Positions 10,294-20,396 of a DNA stretch of 64,000 bases are shown in pieces. The translations under genes were made by a program, and so were the position numbers. The stretch lies in the IMG/VR virus record IMGVR_UViG_3300037504_001229, positions 26,580 through 90,579 of that record. One strand, 5' to 3'. This DNA comes from a virus. The notes beneath the pieces were generated by a model. The model made no database searches and was not told where the DNA came from. It worked only from the letters and a program-made list of their open reading frames with translations. How positions within the stretch are numbered: the first letter of the stretch is position 1; every line of letters begins with the position of its first letter.

Positions 10294-13098
10294 ATGGATT
10301 TTTTCAGTGGACCAGTACCTAAAGATGTAGATATAAAAAGAAGTGAAGATGTAATAAAAGATAATATTTTATACGAAGACAAAGATTATAATGTAACTAT
10401 TCTTTTAGATTTATATTACAACAAGTCTATAATAAATCAAATAGTAAAAGATATTAAAGTATGGAATAATCAAGTAAAGCCAAGAGTCGTATATCCTTTC
10501 AACTTTAAGATAAAAGATAGTGATATAAAAAGTAATGTAGCTAAATTTTATTTTGATAAAATATTAGATTTAAAAAAGTTTTGTTCTCCAAAAGAAAAAG
10601 TTATAGCTGTTGGAAGAACATTATATGGAATAATAGGTTCTGATGATTTAGATTTATTTGGATTTTATGACTACATTTTAAATAAAACTTATTTTTATGA
10701 TCCGTATAACCAAATATATGTTTACCCTACTGATTCTTTAAAGACATTATTTAACAAAGAATTTTTAAAGGATACATGGGAGAGATACTTTTTCCATCAA
10801 CAAGTAAAGAGTTGTTTAGTAGATAAAGATACTTTTTATAAAAATCAAAGGATTAAAAAAATCATTTTAGAGTCAAAAGAGAAAGTTGATTCTTTTTTGG
10901 ATTGCTGGAAAGATAATAATGTTTTAATGGCATGTGATATTGAAACAAAGTTTTTAGATCCTTGGAATCTTGAAAGTGAAATATTAGAAGTTACTATTTC
11001 TTTCGATGGGAAAACAGGATATTTACTTCCAAGTGAGTTTGTAGATAAAAAATTCTTTGCAGAATTTATTAAAGGTAAAAAACTTATTATGCATAATGGA
11101 AAGTATGATACTAAGTTTTTTATTTTAAGATGGGGAGTACCGAGAGATAATATTTATATATTCCATGATACTTGGGCGGGAAGTCATCAAATAAACGAAA
11201 TGCAAAAAAATAGTTTAAAATCAGATGCTTGGCTTTATACAGTATATGGAGGATATGATAGAGAACTAGATGAATACTTAGAAAAATATCCCGAATGTAA
11301 AAAAGACTTTAGTAAAATACCAAAAAATATTCGTTATTCATATGCAATAATGGATGCTATAGTTACATATCAAATATATGAAAGGCAGTTAGAAGTTTTC
11401 GATAAAATAGATAGTAAACTAAAGTTAGATAATAACTGGAATACTTTTAGATATTTTTATGAAGTAAGAATGTTATCAGTTAATACATTTCTAGATGTAG
11501 AACTTAATGGAATGTATATTGATTGGGACTTGCTGAAAAAGTATTCAAGCGATTTACAAAAACAAATAGATAACTTAGAAAAAGAAGTTTTAGATTACTT
11601 TGGATTAAAGAAAGGCGAACTATCATTAACAAGTGGTAATGAGTTAGGGGCTTTATTAGAAGTAAAAGATTGGAAAGACCACGGAAGGTCTAAAAATAAA
11701 CCTACAAAGAATATTGTTTCTTTTTTAAAGAAAAAGTTTGGGGTTAACTTAACTAGGAAGAACGGAGTTTATCTTACAGGTGATGATCAACTAGAAAAAT
11801 GGAAAAAAGATGGATATAAAGATATTGTAAACAAAATTCTTAAGCATAGGGAACTATGTACTTTAATGAAAACTTTTATAGGAGGAAAAGTTGATAATAA
11901 AAATATAGATAGAGGCAACTTAGTCTCTACTTTTGATTGGGGGTTATCTCAAGAAAATGATAACGAAGATATAGAAAAAGGTTTTTTTCAATACAAGAAA
12001 AGTGATGGGAAAATACATAGTACCTTCGGACCTATGATGACTAAGTCTCAAAGAAACTGGAGTAAGGCACCTAATGGTCAAAATATACCGAAACATGGAG
12101 ATCTTGCAAAGTGGTATAGAAAGATATTTATTCCACCTTCTGAAGATTATTATATAGTTGAACAAGATGCTGCTGGGTTTCAGTTAAGAATAGGAGCTAT
12201 ATATAGTGGCGATAAAGAAATGAAAAAAGTATTCACTGAGTTAGGTGGAGATATGCATTCTATGACAGCACAAGCTGTATTAAAAAGAGATATTTCTCTT
12301 AACGAATTTTTTAAGTTAAAGGCTGAAGGAAACGAAGAAATAAAAGAGATAAGATTTAAAGCTAAGGCTGTAAATTTTGGTTTCTTATTCGGGACAGTTG
12401 CTTATTCTTTTGCACTAGGTCTTGAAAAGGAATGGCCTTACAAAGATATAGTTGAGTATGTTAGAAGATATAATCTTCAAGAAAGGGTAAAGTTCTTTCT
12501 TAGAATTTTAAAAGGGGATAGAATAGGTGAAGATAAAGATAAAGCCTTTGATGGAGATAAGGGAGAATTTTTTGCAAATATAGACGATAAGAGAAAGTTT
12601 GCTAATGTTTGGGCGGTAGCAGCTGATATAAGAAAGAAGTTTTTTGAAAGATATCCTGGTTTAGAGGAATGGATTAAAAGACAATCTAGTGAGGCTGAAG
12701 AAAAAGGATATGTTGTTTCACCTTTTGGGGCGGTAAGAAGACTTCCTCAACTAACTTATCAAGGGAAACATGATCTAAAAGGCAAGGTTAAAAACTGGAA
12801 AAATATTGCTCTTAACTCTCCTGTACAAAATTTTGAGTCAGTATATATGAATATATTAATGGGTGAACAAAATAAATATATCAAAAAGAATAACTTAGAA
12901 ACTCACCTTTGTGGAAATGTTCATGATGCAAATATATCCTATGTTCATAAAGACGAGTTAAAAGAGTTTTTAGAGATATCTAAAGAAATATTTGAAAGAG
13001 ATAGACCCGAAAATAAGGGAATTCCTCAAGAGCTTGAGTCTAATGTAGCAGATTATTACGGAAAAGGGGAAGTTTGGGGGTTTGGTACTGAAATTTAG
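10294..13098 (+). CDS. polA: family A DNA polymerase with 3'-5' exonuclease
   Basis: ExoI CDIET, ExoII HNGKYD, ExoIII YAIMD, motif A DAAGFQLR, motif B RFKAKAVNFG, motif C VHD. Confidence 0.93.
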   Translation: MDFFSGPVPKDVDIKRSEDVIKDNILYEDKDYNVTILLDLYYNKSIINQIVKDIKVWNNQVKPRVVYPFNFKIKDSDIKSNVAKFYFDKILDLKKFCSPKEKVIAVGRTLYGIIGSDDLDLFGFYDYILNKTYFYDPYNQIYVYPTDSLKTLFNKEFLKDTWERYFFHQQVKSCLVDKDTFYKNQRIKKIILESKEKVDSFLDCWKDNNVLMACDIETKFLDPWNLESEILEVTISFDGKTGYLLPSEFVDKKFFAEFIKGKKLIMHNGKYDTKFFILRWGVPRDNIYIFHDTWAGSHQINEMQKNSLKSDAWLYTVYGGYDRELDEYLEKYPECKKDFSKIPKNIRYSYAIMDAIVTYQIYERQLEVFDKIDSKLKLDNNWNTFRYFYEVRMLSVNTFLDVELNGMYIDWDLLKKYSSDLQKQIDNLEKEVLDYFGLKKGELSLTSGNELGALLEVKDWKDHGRSKNKPTKNIVSFLKKKFGVNLTRKNGVYLTGDDQLEKWKKDGYKDIVNKILKHRELCTLMKTFIGGKVDNKNIDRGNLVSTFDWGLSQENDNEDIEKGFFQYKKSDGKIHSTFGPMMTKSQRNWSKAPNGQNIPKHGDLAKWYRKIFIPPSEDYYIVEQDAAGFQLRIGAIYSGDKEMKKVFTELGGDMHSMTAQAVLKRDISLNEFFKLKAEGNEEIKEIRFKAKAVNFGFLFGTVAYSFALGLEKEWPYKDIVEYVRRYNLQERVKFFLRILKGDRIGEDKDKAFDGDKGEFFANIDDKRKFANVWAVAADIRKKFFERYPGLEEWIKRQSSEAEEKGYVVSPFGAVRRLPQLTYQGKHDLKGKVKNWKNIALNSPVQNFESVYMNILMGEQNKYIKKNNLETHLCGNVHDANISYVHKDELKEFLEISKEIFERDRPENKGIPQELESNVADYYGKGEVWGFGTEI

Positions 13099-13099
13099 C

Positions 13100-13156
13100 A
13101 AAAAAGTAAATTTTTTTAAAAAAGCCCTTGATTTTTCTATAAAGATAATATATAAT
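13100..13156 (+). promoter_or_regulatory. sigma70-type promoter with A/T-tract UP element (class B)
   Basis: TTGATT(13128-33)-17 nt-TATAAT(13151-56); same upstream block recurs at 53985-54042. Confidence 0.75.
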
Positions 13157-13186
13157 ATTAATATCTTAAGTAAATAGGAGTAGAAA

Positions 13187-13423
13187 ATGGTAGGAACAAA
13201 ACCACAAGAAGACAAAAGATCAGAAATCAAAAAGGCAGCTGATGATGTGAAAGAGGAATTCAGAAAAATAACTTCTAACTTGTCTTTCGATTCGGTTCGG
13301 AGTATGATTAACCCAAGGGGAACCGCATATTTCGATTACTTGCACATCATTAGTGGTAGTAAAACCGCAAAGGAGGTAGCAGAAGAAGTAAAACTTGAAG
13401 CTAAAAAATTAGGAATTTTGTAA
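13187..13423 (+). CDS. hypothetical protein
   Basis: AGGAG RBS, promoter upstream, terminator downstream. Confidence 0.7.
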   Translation: MVGTKPQEDKRSEIKKAADDVKEEFRKITSNLSFDSVRSMINPRGTAYFDYLHIISGSKTAKEVAEEVKLEAKKLGIL

Positions 13424-13429
13424 AATAGT

Positions 13430-13464
13430 AAGGCTCAGTATAAAAAATATACTGAGCCTTTTTT
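13430..13464 (+). terminator. intrinsic terminator
   Basis: aaggctcagtata/tatactgagcctt stem followed by T run. Confidence 0.85.
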
Positions 13465-13492
13465 GTTATTTTTAAGTAAGTAGGAGAAGAAA

Positions 13493-13630
13493 ATGTTCGA
13501 AGGAAACAAAAACAAAGAAAAAGAATATGAAGAACTGGAAAGGAACGGTTCTCTTGTCTATGTAGAAGATAGGGATACAGGAGAAAGGGATTGGGTCGAT
13601 AGTCGTGATGTAGACGGCTGGAATTGTTGA
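13493..13630 (+). CDS. small hypothetical protein (45 aa, not in ORF track)
   Basis: AGGAG RBS; MFEGNKNKEKEYEELERNGSLVYVEDRDTGERDWVDSRDVDGWNC*. Confidence 0.6.
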   Translation: MFEGNKNKEKEYEELERNGSLVYVEDRDTGERDWVDSRDVDGWNC

Positions 13631-13640
13631 GGAGGTAAAT

Positions 13641-13844
13641 ATGAAAGTTTATGTTGGATATACTGAAATGTACCCTGTTCTATTATGCATAAGGGAAACC
13701 CAAATGTACGAAGGAGAAAGTTCACTTCTTGACATTCCTGATGACTTAGTACATAATTATCAGGAAGCTGAAAAGAACCTTAAATTAGCAAAGAAAAATA
13801 TTGAAATTTATGCTAAAAATAAAGGATATAAAATAGAGGGATAA
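13641..13844 (+). CDS. hypothetical protein
   Basis: GGAGG RBS, tight gene packing. Confidence 0.6.
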   Translation: MKVYVGYTEMYPVLLCIRETQMYEGESSLLDIPDDLVHNYQEAEKNLKLAKKNIEIYAKNKGYKIEG

Positions 13845-13848
13845 GAAA

Positions 13849-14043
13849 ATGAAAAAAGGGACTTTTGAAGATTTTATGTTAGAAATAGATAATCTTTGTA
13901 TGACTCATATCGGACTATCTAGTGAAAATTTACAGGATTTTTGTTATAAAGACTTCTACAACGAAGGACTTGATCCTATGGATGTATTCAAAGAAATCAT
14001 GCTTCCAGAAATGGGTCTAGAAGACTTGATGTATAGTATATAG
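13849..14043 (+). CDS. hypothetical protein
   Basis: ORF packed within operon. Confidence 0.6.
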   Translation: MKKGTFEDFMLEIDNLCMTHIGLSSENLQDFCYKDFYNEGLDPMDVFKEIMLPEMGLEDLMYSI

Positions 14044-14053
14044 GAAGAGATAA

Positions 14054-14860
14054 ATGCAGAAAAAGGAAATGCAGAAGAAATGTGACTACGATTTAATAGC
14101 TATTTATCAAAATGGAGACGATCAAGAAAAAAAAGATGCTCTCGAAGTTATGTATATGAGATATCAACCTCTTATACGTAAGATAGCTGGAAAATATTGT
14201 CAATACACAGGAGTCTCTAACTTCGAGGATTTTCAACAGGAAGCTTTCTTTGAGCTTGTACGAGTTTTTGATCAAGCTGATCTTGACAGAATAACTCCTT
14301 CTTGGAAAATCGTTTGGGTTTATAAACATAGACTTAAAAATCTTATGGGCCTTATGAAAAGACACGAAGACTTACAAACAAGTCATTTGAACTATTATTG
14401 TAAAGGAAATAAAAATCAAAGAGAAGTAAAAAAAGTAAAAGTTAAAAGTAGTCCATATGTACCTTCTTCGGACGAAGATAATAAATACGAATATCAAATT
14501 GATTACATTCAACAATGTTACGAAGATGATAGAATTTCTAAAGAAGAAAAAGAATACAACCATAACTTAGTTATGAAGTTCATTAGTAAATTAGATAAAC
14601 CGTGGTTAAGAGAAGCCCTTGTATTATTAATGAGCGGTAATGTAAAAAAAGGTGAAGCTTGTGAAGCAGTTGAAGTTGCAAACCCAAGATTTCATCAAGT
14701 AGTCCACGGAACAAGACAAGTGCATTTGTTAGATGAAAATGGCAATAAAATTAAAAACGAAAAAGGAAGGCCTCAATCTAAAGTTATTTATGATTATAAA
14801 CGAAGCCTTAAATATGAATATCATAAATTTCTTGAAAGAGATAAGGATGTTATATACTAA
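14054..14860 (+). CDS. phage RNA polymerase sigma factor-like protein
   Basis: sigma region 2-like DALEVMYMRYQPLIRKIAGKY...FEDFQQEAFFEL; possible C-terminal HTH. Confidence 0.7.
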   Translation: MQKKEMQKKCDYDLIAIYQNGDDQEKKDALEVMYMRYQPLIRKIAGKYCQYTGVSNFEDFQQEAFFELVRVFDQADLDRITPSWKIVWVYKHRLKNLMGLMKRHEDLQTSHLNYYCKGNKNQREVKKVKVKSSPYVPSSDEDNKYEYQIDYIQQCYEDDRISKEEKEYNHNLVMKFISKLDKPWLREALVLLMSGNVKKGEACEAVEVANPRFHQVVHGTRQVHLLDENGNKIKNEKGRPQSKVIYDYKRSLKYEYHKFLERDKDVIY

Positions 14861-14881
14861 TAAACTATATAGGAGGAAACT

Positions 14882-15685
14882 ATGAAAATGAAAAAATTTA
14901 GTAAAGTATGGTTTATTGTTTACTTCCTTCTTTGGCTTTTTATAGATACTGGAGTTTATTATACAAATAAACTAGATGAACAAGAACAAAAATATAGAGA
15001 AGCTTTAGAAAATAGAAATACTCGAATTGTAAAACTTACTGAAAGAACTAACTCTAGTGAAAAAGAATATAGGGAAACATTAAATCATATTGTTCTTTCC
15101 CTTTGTGAGAAAGAAAGGTATCAAACAGGCGGAGTAAATATCAACCAAGTTAGGGCAGAGGAAATTGATCATCTTATTGAAGCTATACAAAATCAAACAG
15201 AAGACTTTAATCAATACTTGCAGTATGTAGAAAACTTTTTTAGTACAAGAGCTATTATTAAGGAAAGTATACCATGTATCTTCCCAGTTGAGTATCATGA
15301 AAATGTAAGAATAACTTCTCCTTATGGAGTTAGATATTATCCTTTGACAAACAAGTTACTATTTCATGATGGGATAGATATATCTGGAGATGCAGATACT
15401 GAAATTTTATCTACTGCTAAAGGAAAAGTTTGTGAAGTATGGGCAAGACATCCTATCTACGGAAAAATGGTTAAGATAGATCATGGAAACGGATATATAA
15501 CAATGTATGCTCATTTAAAAGGTATTTACTGTTGGTGTAAAAAAGACATTAAGCAAGGAGAAGTGATAGGTGTCATGGGGAGTACAGGCCGATCTTCTGG
15601 ACGACATCTTCATTATGAAATACAATATAATGGAAAACCTGTTAATCCTATTGATTATCTAAATTCTAACTTTATAAAATTTTAA
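14882..15685 (+). CDS. M23 family peptidase with N-terminal membrane anchor and coiled coil
   Basis: HDGID, YAHL, GRSSGRHLHYEI. Confidence 0.92.
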   Translation: MKMKKFSKVWFIVYFLLWLFIDTGVYYTNKLDEQEQKYREALENRNTRIVKLTERTNSSEKEYRETLNHIVLSLCEKERYQTGGVNINQVRAEEIDHLIEAIQNQTEDFNQYLQYVENFFSTRAIIKESIPCIFPVEYHENVRITSPYGVRYYPLTNKLLFHDGIDISGDADTEILSTAKGKVCEVWARHPIYGKMVKIDHGNGYITMYAHLKGIYCWCKKDIKQGEVIGVMGSTGRSSGRHLHYEIQYNGKPVNPIDYLNSNFIKF

Positions 15686-15695
15686 GGAGCTTTTA

Positions 15696-16133
15696 ATGAA
15701 GAAAATGATTTTTGTAACTATATTACTATTTATTTCTTCTTTGCTTTTTGCTACTTCTTACTATGACTTTGTAGATCAAAAATGTAAAGAACTGGGGATT
15801 CCTACTGATATAGTAATAAGTATTATAGAAGTAGAATCTAACTGGAGAAATATAAAAGGAATAACAGGTGATATAGGATTTATGCAACTCAATCCTTTGT
15901 ATATAAGTTACTATGAACAAAAGTTTTGGAAATATCAACAATCCTTTGACCCTTGGAATCCTTACCATAATCTAGAAGTAGGGATCAATTATATCTATTG
16001 GTTATATTGTTATTTTAAGGATTGGGAACTTACAATCAAAGCCTATAATATAGGTATTAACAGAGTAAAAGAAAATAGATTTGTAGGGGAAAGATATTAT
16101 TTCAAAGTAGTTAGAACTCTATCAAGTTTATAA
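15696..16133 (+). CDS. lytic transglycosylase (SLT domain) with signal peptide
   Basis: IEVES, GFMQL, AYNIG. Confidence 0.88.
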   Translation: MKKMIFVTILLFISSLLFATSYYDFVDQKCKELGIPTDIVISIIEVESNWRNIKGITGDIGFMQLNPLYISYYEQKFWKYQQSFDPWNPYHNLEVGINYIYWLYCYFKDWELTIKAYNIGINRVKENRFVGERYYFKVVRTLSSL

Positions 16134-16194
16134 ATTTTTAAAGTTATTCAACCCTACTAATATAATAATAAAAAAGTATTGGTAGGGTATTTTT

Positions 16195-17040
16195 ATGATT
16201 AATGTCATTGGAGAAGTGGGAATCAATTATGCTTTTGGAAATAATAAAGATAAATTCATTTCAAATGCTCAAAAACTTATTTCCTTAGCAAGTGTTGCAG
16301 GATGTAACTATGTTAAGTTTCAAAAAAGAAATCCAGATATAGCTGTACCAGATGCTCAAAAAACAAAACCTAAAAAAGTCCCTTGGAGAAAAGAAGAAAC
16401 CACATACTTACAATATAAAGAGGATATCGAATTTAGTTTTGAACAATATCAATATATTGTACATTTTTGTCAAGAAAATGAAATAGATAGTTTTGTTTCT
16501 GTATGGGATATTGATTCTGCCCAAGAAATGAGTAAACTTTATACCTTAACTAAAATACCCTCTGCTAAACTAACAGACTGGGAACTGTTAGAAACTGTAA
16601 GGGATCTTTATGATGTTAAGATACTATCAACTGGAATGTCATTTGAAGAGGAAATAGATAAGGCTGTAGATATTCTTCAACCTCAAATAATAATGCATAC
16701 AAATTCAGTTTATCCTACTCCAATAGAAGACTTATATTTAAAGTACATTAAGTGGTTAAAAGAAAAATATCCTAAAAAAGAAATAGGGTATAGTTCACAT
16801 TACTATGGAATAAAAGATGTATTTCCTGCAGTAGCATTAGATATTCAATGGATAGAAAAACATATTACTCTTAACCATGAGAACTGGGGTAGTGATCAAA
16901 AAGCTTCGGTAGAACCTCATGGATTATTCGAACTTGTAAAAGGAATAAGAGATATTGAACTAGGGCTTGCTAAAGGATATGAAAAAAGAACTTTATATCC
17001 TGGAGAAGAAATAAAAAGAGAAAGTTTAAGAGGAAAATAG
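16195..17040 (+). CDS. neuB: nonulosonate (sialic acid/KDN-9-P) synthase, NeuB family, without C-terminal SAF domain
   Basis: GEVGIN, VKFQKR, KIPSA, LSTGMS, GYSSH, IEKHITL, GSDQKAS. Confidence 0.92.
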   Translation: MINVIGEVGINYAFGNNKDKFISNAQKLISLASVAGCNYVKFQKRNPDIAVPDAQKTKPKKVPWRKEETTYLQYKEDIEFSFEQYQYIVHFCQENEIDSFVSVWDIDSAQEMSKLYTLTKIPSAKLTDWELLETVRDLYDVKILSTGMSFEEEIDKAVDILQPQIIMHTNSVYPTPIEDLYLKYIKWLKEKYPKKEIGYSSHYYGIKDVFPAVALDIQWIEKHITLNHENWGSDQKASVEPHGLFELVKGIRDIELGLAKGYEKRTLYPGEEIKRESLRGK

Positions 17041-17041
17041 G

Positions 17042-17293
17042 ATGTGGAAAGAATATCGTAAGAAACCAGTAGTTATTAAAGCAATACAATGGACAGGAGA
17101 AAACTTAGAGGAAGTGAAAGAACTATGTGAATTTCATAGTCATCTATCTTATGAGTCTAGTGATACTTTAGTCATAAAAACTCTAGAAGGTGATATGAAA
17201 TGTCAAAAAAGGGACTATATAATAATAGGAGTGAACGGAGAATATTATCCTTGTAAACCAGATATATTTGAAAAAACATATGAGGAAGTATAA
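17042..17293 (+). CDS. conserved phage protein
   Basis: YRKKPVVIKAIQW...TLEG...GEYYPCKPDIFEKTYE, a widespread phage family. Confidence 0.75.
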   Translation: MWKEYRKKPVVIKAIQWTGENLEEVKELCEFHSHLSYESSDTLVIKTLEGDMKCQKRDYIIIGVNGEYYPCKPDIFEKTYEEV

Positions 17294-18070
17294 GTGAAGA
17301 TTATTTTATGCTCAATGATCGATGATTTTTTTATGGTTGGATTTGAAGTTTTTATGAAGTCACTTCTTAAAACTAATCCTTGGTTTGATCTACCTTTTCG
17401 TTTAATAGATGTAGGACTTAATAAAAAGAATAAAGAAAAATGTTTAGAAATATATTCTAACATTGAGTTTGTTAAACCTAAAAAGGAAAACTATAAAAAA
17501 ATAAGTTTTGAAAAAACTCATGAAATACTTTGGAATACTTATTATAAGTTAGATATTTTTTCATATGATGATGTAGATAGACTTGTATTTCTTGATTTAG
17601 ATATGATAGTATTAGAGGATATTAAAAAACTGTTTGAGTTTACTGTTACTATAGGAGGGTGTAAAGGATATTCTCAAGGTAATGATAGTTTAAGAAAAGA
17701 TATGAATACTGGATGTATTGTTCTTAATAAACCAGTTTTGAATAATAGTATCTATAAAAACATACTAGATTATACAGCTAAAGCAGGTGGATTTAGTATG
17801 CCAGATCAAAAAGCAATAGGTCAGTTTTTTAAAAATAAAATAGCATTTATTCCAAAGGAGTTTGATTGTGAAAAAAGACTTTGGAAGGGAGATAAGTTTA
17901 AACTTTTTTTTAATGATAAAAATGAACTAATGTATAAAGAAGGGAAGAAGATTTCTAAGTGTAAGATTCTTCACTATGTGAGCGAGAAGCCATGGCAAGA
18001 GAAAAAGGATAAAATAAACTTTGGGTATGAAGAACTTGAAAAACTCTGGTGGAATGTAAAGAATGAGTAG
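17294..18070 (+). CDS. glycosyltransferase family 8
   Basis: YYKLDIF, FLDLD (DxD), NTG, DQ, LHY..KPW. Confidence 0.85.
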   Translation: MKIILCSMIDDFFMVGFEVFMKSLLKTNPWFDLPFRLIDVGLNKKNKEKCLEIYSNIEFVKPKKENYKKISFEKTHEILWNTYYKLDIFSYDDVDRLVFLDLDMIVLEDIKKLFEFTVTIGGCKGYSQGNDSLRKDMNTGCIVLNKPVLNNSIYKNILDYTAKAGGFSMPDQKAIGQFFKNKIAFIPKEFDCEKRLWKGDKFKLFFNDKNELMYKEGKKISKCKILHYVSEKPWQEKKDKINFGYEELEKLWWNVKNE

Positions 18071-18407
18071 AGAATTATTATTTTCTGTTACAAAAAAAGA
18101 TTTAGAAATTACTTGGTTTTCAGGAAAAGGAGCAGGTGGTCAACATAGAAATAAACATCAAAACTGTTGCAGAATTAAACATCCGGAAAGTGGAGTTATT
18201 GTAACTGGACAGGAAGAAAAAAGTAGAGATAAAAACTTAAGAAATGCTTTTAAAAGACTAACTGAAAATAAAAAATTTAAAACTTGGTTAAAAATAAAAA
18301 CTTCTGAGCTAATGAATGATTCATATAGTATTGAGGAACAAGTTAATAACGCTATGAGAGAAGAAAATTTAAAGGTGGAATATGGAAAAGATATCGATTC
18401 GCAATAG
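18063..18407 (+). CDS. peptidyl-tRNA hydrolase, release factor domain 3 only (ArfB/PrfH-like)
   Basis: SGKGAGGQHRNK GGQ motif, 114 aa. Confidence 0.85.
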   Translation: MSRELLFSVTKKDLEITWFSGKGAGGQHRNKHQNCCRIKHPESGVIVTGQEEKSRDKNLRNAFKRLTENKKFKTWLKIKTSELMNDSYSIEEQVNNAMREENLKVEYGKDIDSQ

Positions 18408-18927
18408 TAAAAATGCAAAAATCGGCCTCAAACAGATGATTGAATATGTAAAAAAGAACTCAGATTTTCCTATAGAAAAAGTAGTCGAAATAGGATCTTA
18501 TGTAGGAGATTCTTCAGAAATATTTGCTCAACATTTTAATCAAGTTATTTGTATCGATCCATTCATTAATGGATATGATAAAAATGATGCTGCTTCTTAT
18601 CAATATCGTATGAGAATAATAGAAAATCAGTTTGACGAATTGTGTAGTAGATATAGTAATATAAGAAAACTTAAAATGAAATCGAATGAGGCAGTTAATC
18701 TTTTTGAAGATAAGTCTATAGCTATAGCTTATATAGATGCAATTCATACACGTGAGGGGGTCAAAAATGATATTAAACTTTGGCTACCAAAAATTAAAAA
18801 AGGTGGGTTTATAACTGGACACGACTATCAAGGAAAATTTCCTGGAGTTATTAAAGCAGTAAACGAATTACTAGGCGAACCTGATAAAATATTTCCTGAT
18901 ACAAGTTGGGTAAAAAAGGTTAAGTAA
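18382..18927 (+). CDS. class I SAM methyltransferase (Methyltransf_24-like)
   Basis: VEIGSYVG, YIDAIH, GGFITGHDY. Confidence 0.85.
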   Translation: MEKISIRNSKNAKIGLKQMIEYVKKNSDFPIEKVVEIGSYVGDSSEIFAQHFNQVICIDPFINGYDKNDAASYQYRMRIIENQFDELCSRYSNIRKLKMKSNEAVNLFEDKSIAIAYIDAIHTREGVKNDIKLWLPKIKKGGFITGHDYQGKFPGVIKAVNELLGEPDKIFPDTSWVKKVK

Positions 18928-19697
18928 TGGATATTGAAGAAAAATATAAGAATCTTATCGAAGGTAAAAAAGTTATATTTGTTGGACCAGCCCCTACTCT
19001 AAAAGATCAAAATAAAGGTAGATGGATAGATGAAGAATTTGATTTAGTTGTAAGAACTAATGGAGCTTCTCTTTTACTTAAAAATAAAGAGTTTAAAAAA
19101 GATTATGGCTCTAAAATGGATATTCTATATTGTAATGTTCAGTTCCATAGAGAGATGAGACCTTTACCCTTAGAAAGATGGAAAATAGATCATGGATTAC
19201 AATTTGTTAACTTTAAAGTATTGAAAGAATCCTATGAGAAAATTTATTCTAAGGCTGTACCTGTAAGGGGAATAAGTACTCTTATAAAGAAACTACAACA
19301 TACTGTTCCTAGTGTTTTAATGGGCCCTATTATATTAAAAGATATTTTACAATTTAATCCTGAAAGACTATATTTTACGGGAATGGATTTTTATATAGAT
19401 AAACCCGATATGTTTATTCCAGGAGATTATAGAGAATATTATCCAGGATATCTTCCTAAAAAAATAGTTAAAAAAGCAGATGTCGATAACATAGGAAAAA
19501 TAGATAATCATGAACAATATGAAAACTGTAGAATAGTTTATAACCTTTACAAAAATGGAGAAGTAGAAACTGATAAACAAATAGTAAAAATAATGGAAAC
19601 TATTATATCTGATCCTCTCTATTATTCAGTAAAAGGGAGAAGAAAAAGAATTAAAGATGCTAACTTGAAAAAACAACTTAAGAGGACAGTGATTTGA
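18927..19697 (+). CDS. sialyltransferase-like protein (GT29-like)
   Basis: sialylmotif-L-like VIFVGPAP..IDEEFDLVVRTN..DYGSK; later GMDFY. Confidence 0.6.
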   Translation: MDIEEKYKNLIEGKKVIFVGPAPTLKDQNKGRWIDEEFDLVVRTNGASLLLKNKEFKKDYGSKMDILYCNVQFHREMRPLPLERWKIDHGLQFVNFKVLKESYEKIYSKAVPVRGISTLIKKLQHTVPSVLMGPIILKDILQFNPERLYFTGMDFYIDKPDMFIPGDYREYYPGYLPKKIVKKADVDNIGKIDNHEQYENCRIVYNLYKNGEVETDKQIVKIMETIISDPLYYSVKGRRKRIKDANLKKQLKRTVI

Positions 19698-20392
19698 AAG
19701 TAAAAAATAAAAATAAGCCAAAGGAAGAACTTAAAAGTATTTTACAAATTCCTAAAGATCCAACTCCTGTTATTTTAATAGGGTGCGGAGAAAGTATTGA
19801 TAATTTAAATTTAGGAGCTTTGAATAGACAAGAAAAATACAATACTTGTACTATTTCTGATGCTATTAAAGTTTTAAAACAACCAACATATGCTTTTCAA
19901 TATCATTGGAGAGGTGCTTGGCGGTGTCATCAAGAATTAGATAAAGCAAAATATCTTATAACTACATATAAGGTTTTAAATGATTTTAAAAGAGTAGGGA
20001 AAGAGGAATGGTATAATATAATTAAGGAGCAAGAAAATGCTTATTTTTTTCAATCTAACCATGTAAAATGGGATGTAATAAGAGAAGGTAAATTTGATTT
20101 ACAAATATCAGAACCGAAGCTTCAAAATCACGAAGGATCAGTAGTAGGAGTTATACATTTTCTATGTGGGTATTTAGGAGTTAGAAATATTAAATACATA
20201 GGATTTGACGGAGGAGTTAATCCAGGAAAAACTAGTTATGGATCTAAAGTACATCATGGAAGAAAGCCTTCTAAAATACAAGGAGCAGCTAAAGATTATG
20301 AAAAAAGTTGGCAAGCTGTTCTTAAAATGCTCGAATATTATCCTCATGTTATGTTTAAGCCTTTAGACGAATTTTTAAGAAAGGGAAAATAA
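19694..20392 (+). CDS. Maf/DUF115-like nonulosonate transferase-like protein
   Basis: VILIGCGESI ... LGVRNIKYIGFD. Confidence 0.5.
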   Translation: MKVKNKNKPKEELKSILQIPKDPTPVILIGCGESIDNLNLGALNRQEKYNTCTISDAIKVLKQPTYAFQYHWRGAWRCHQELDKAKYLITTYKVLNDFKRVGKEEWYNIIKEQENAYFFQSNHVKWDVIREGKFDLQISEPKLQNHEGSVVGVIHFLCGYLGVRNIKYIGFDGGVNPGKTSYGSKVHHGRKPSKIQGAAKDYEKSWQAVLKMLEYYPHVMFKPLDEFLRKGK

Positions 20393-20396
20393 ATTT

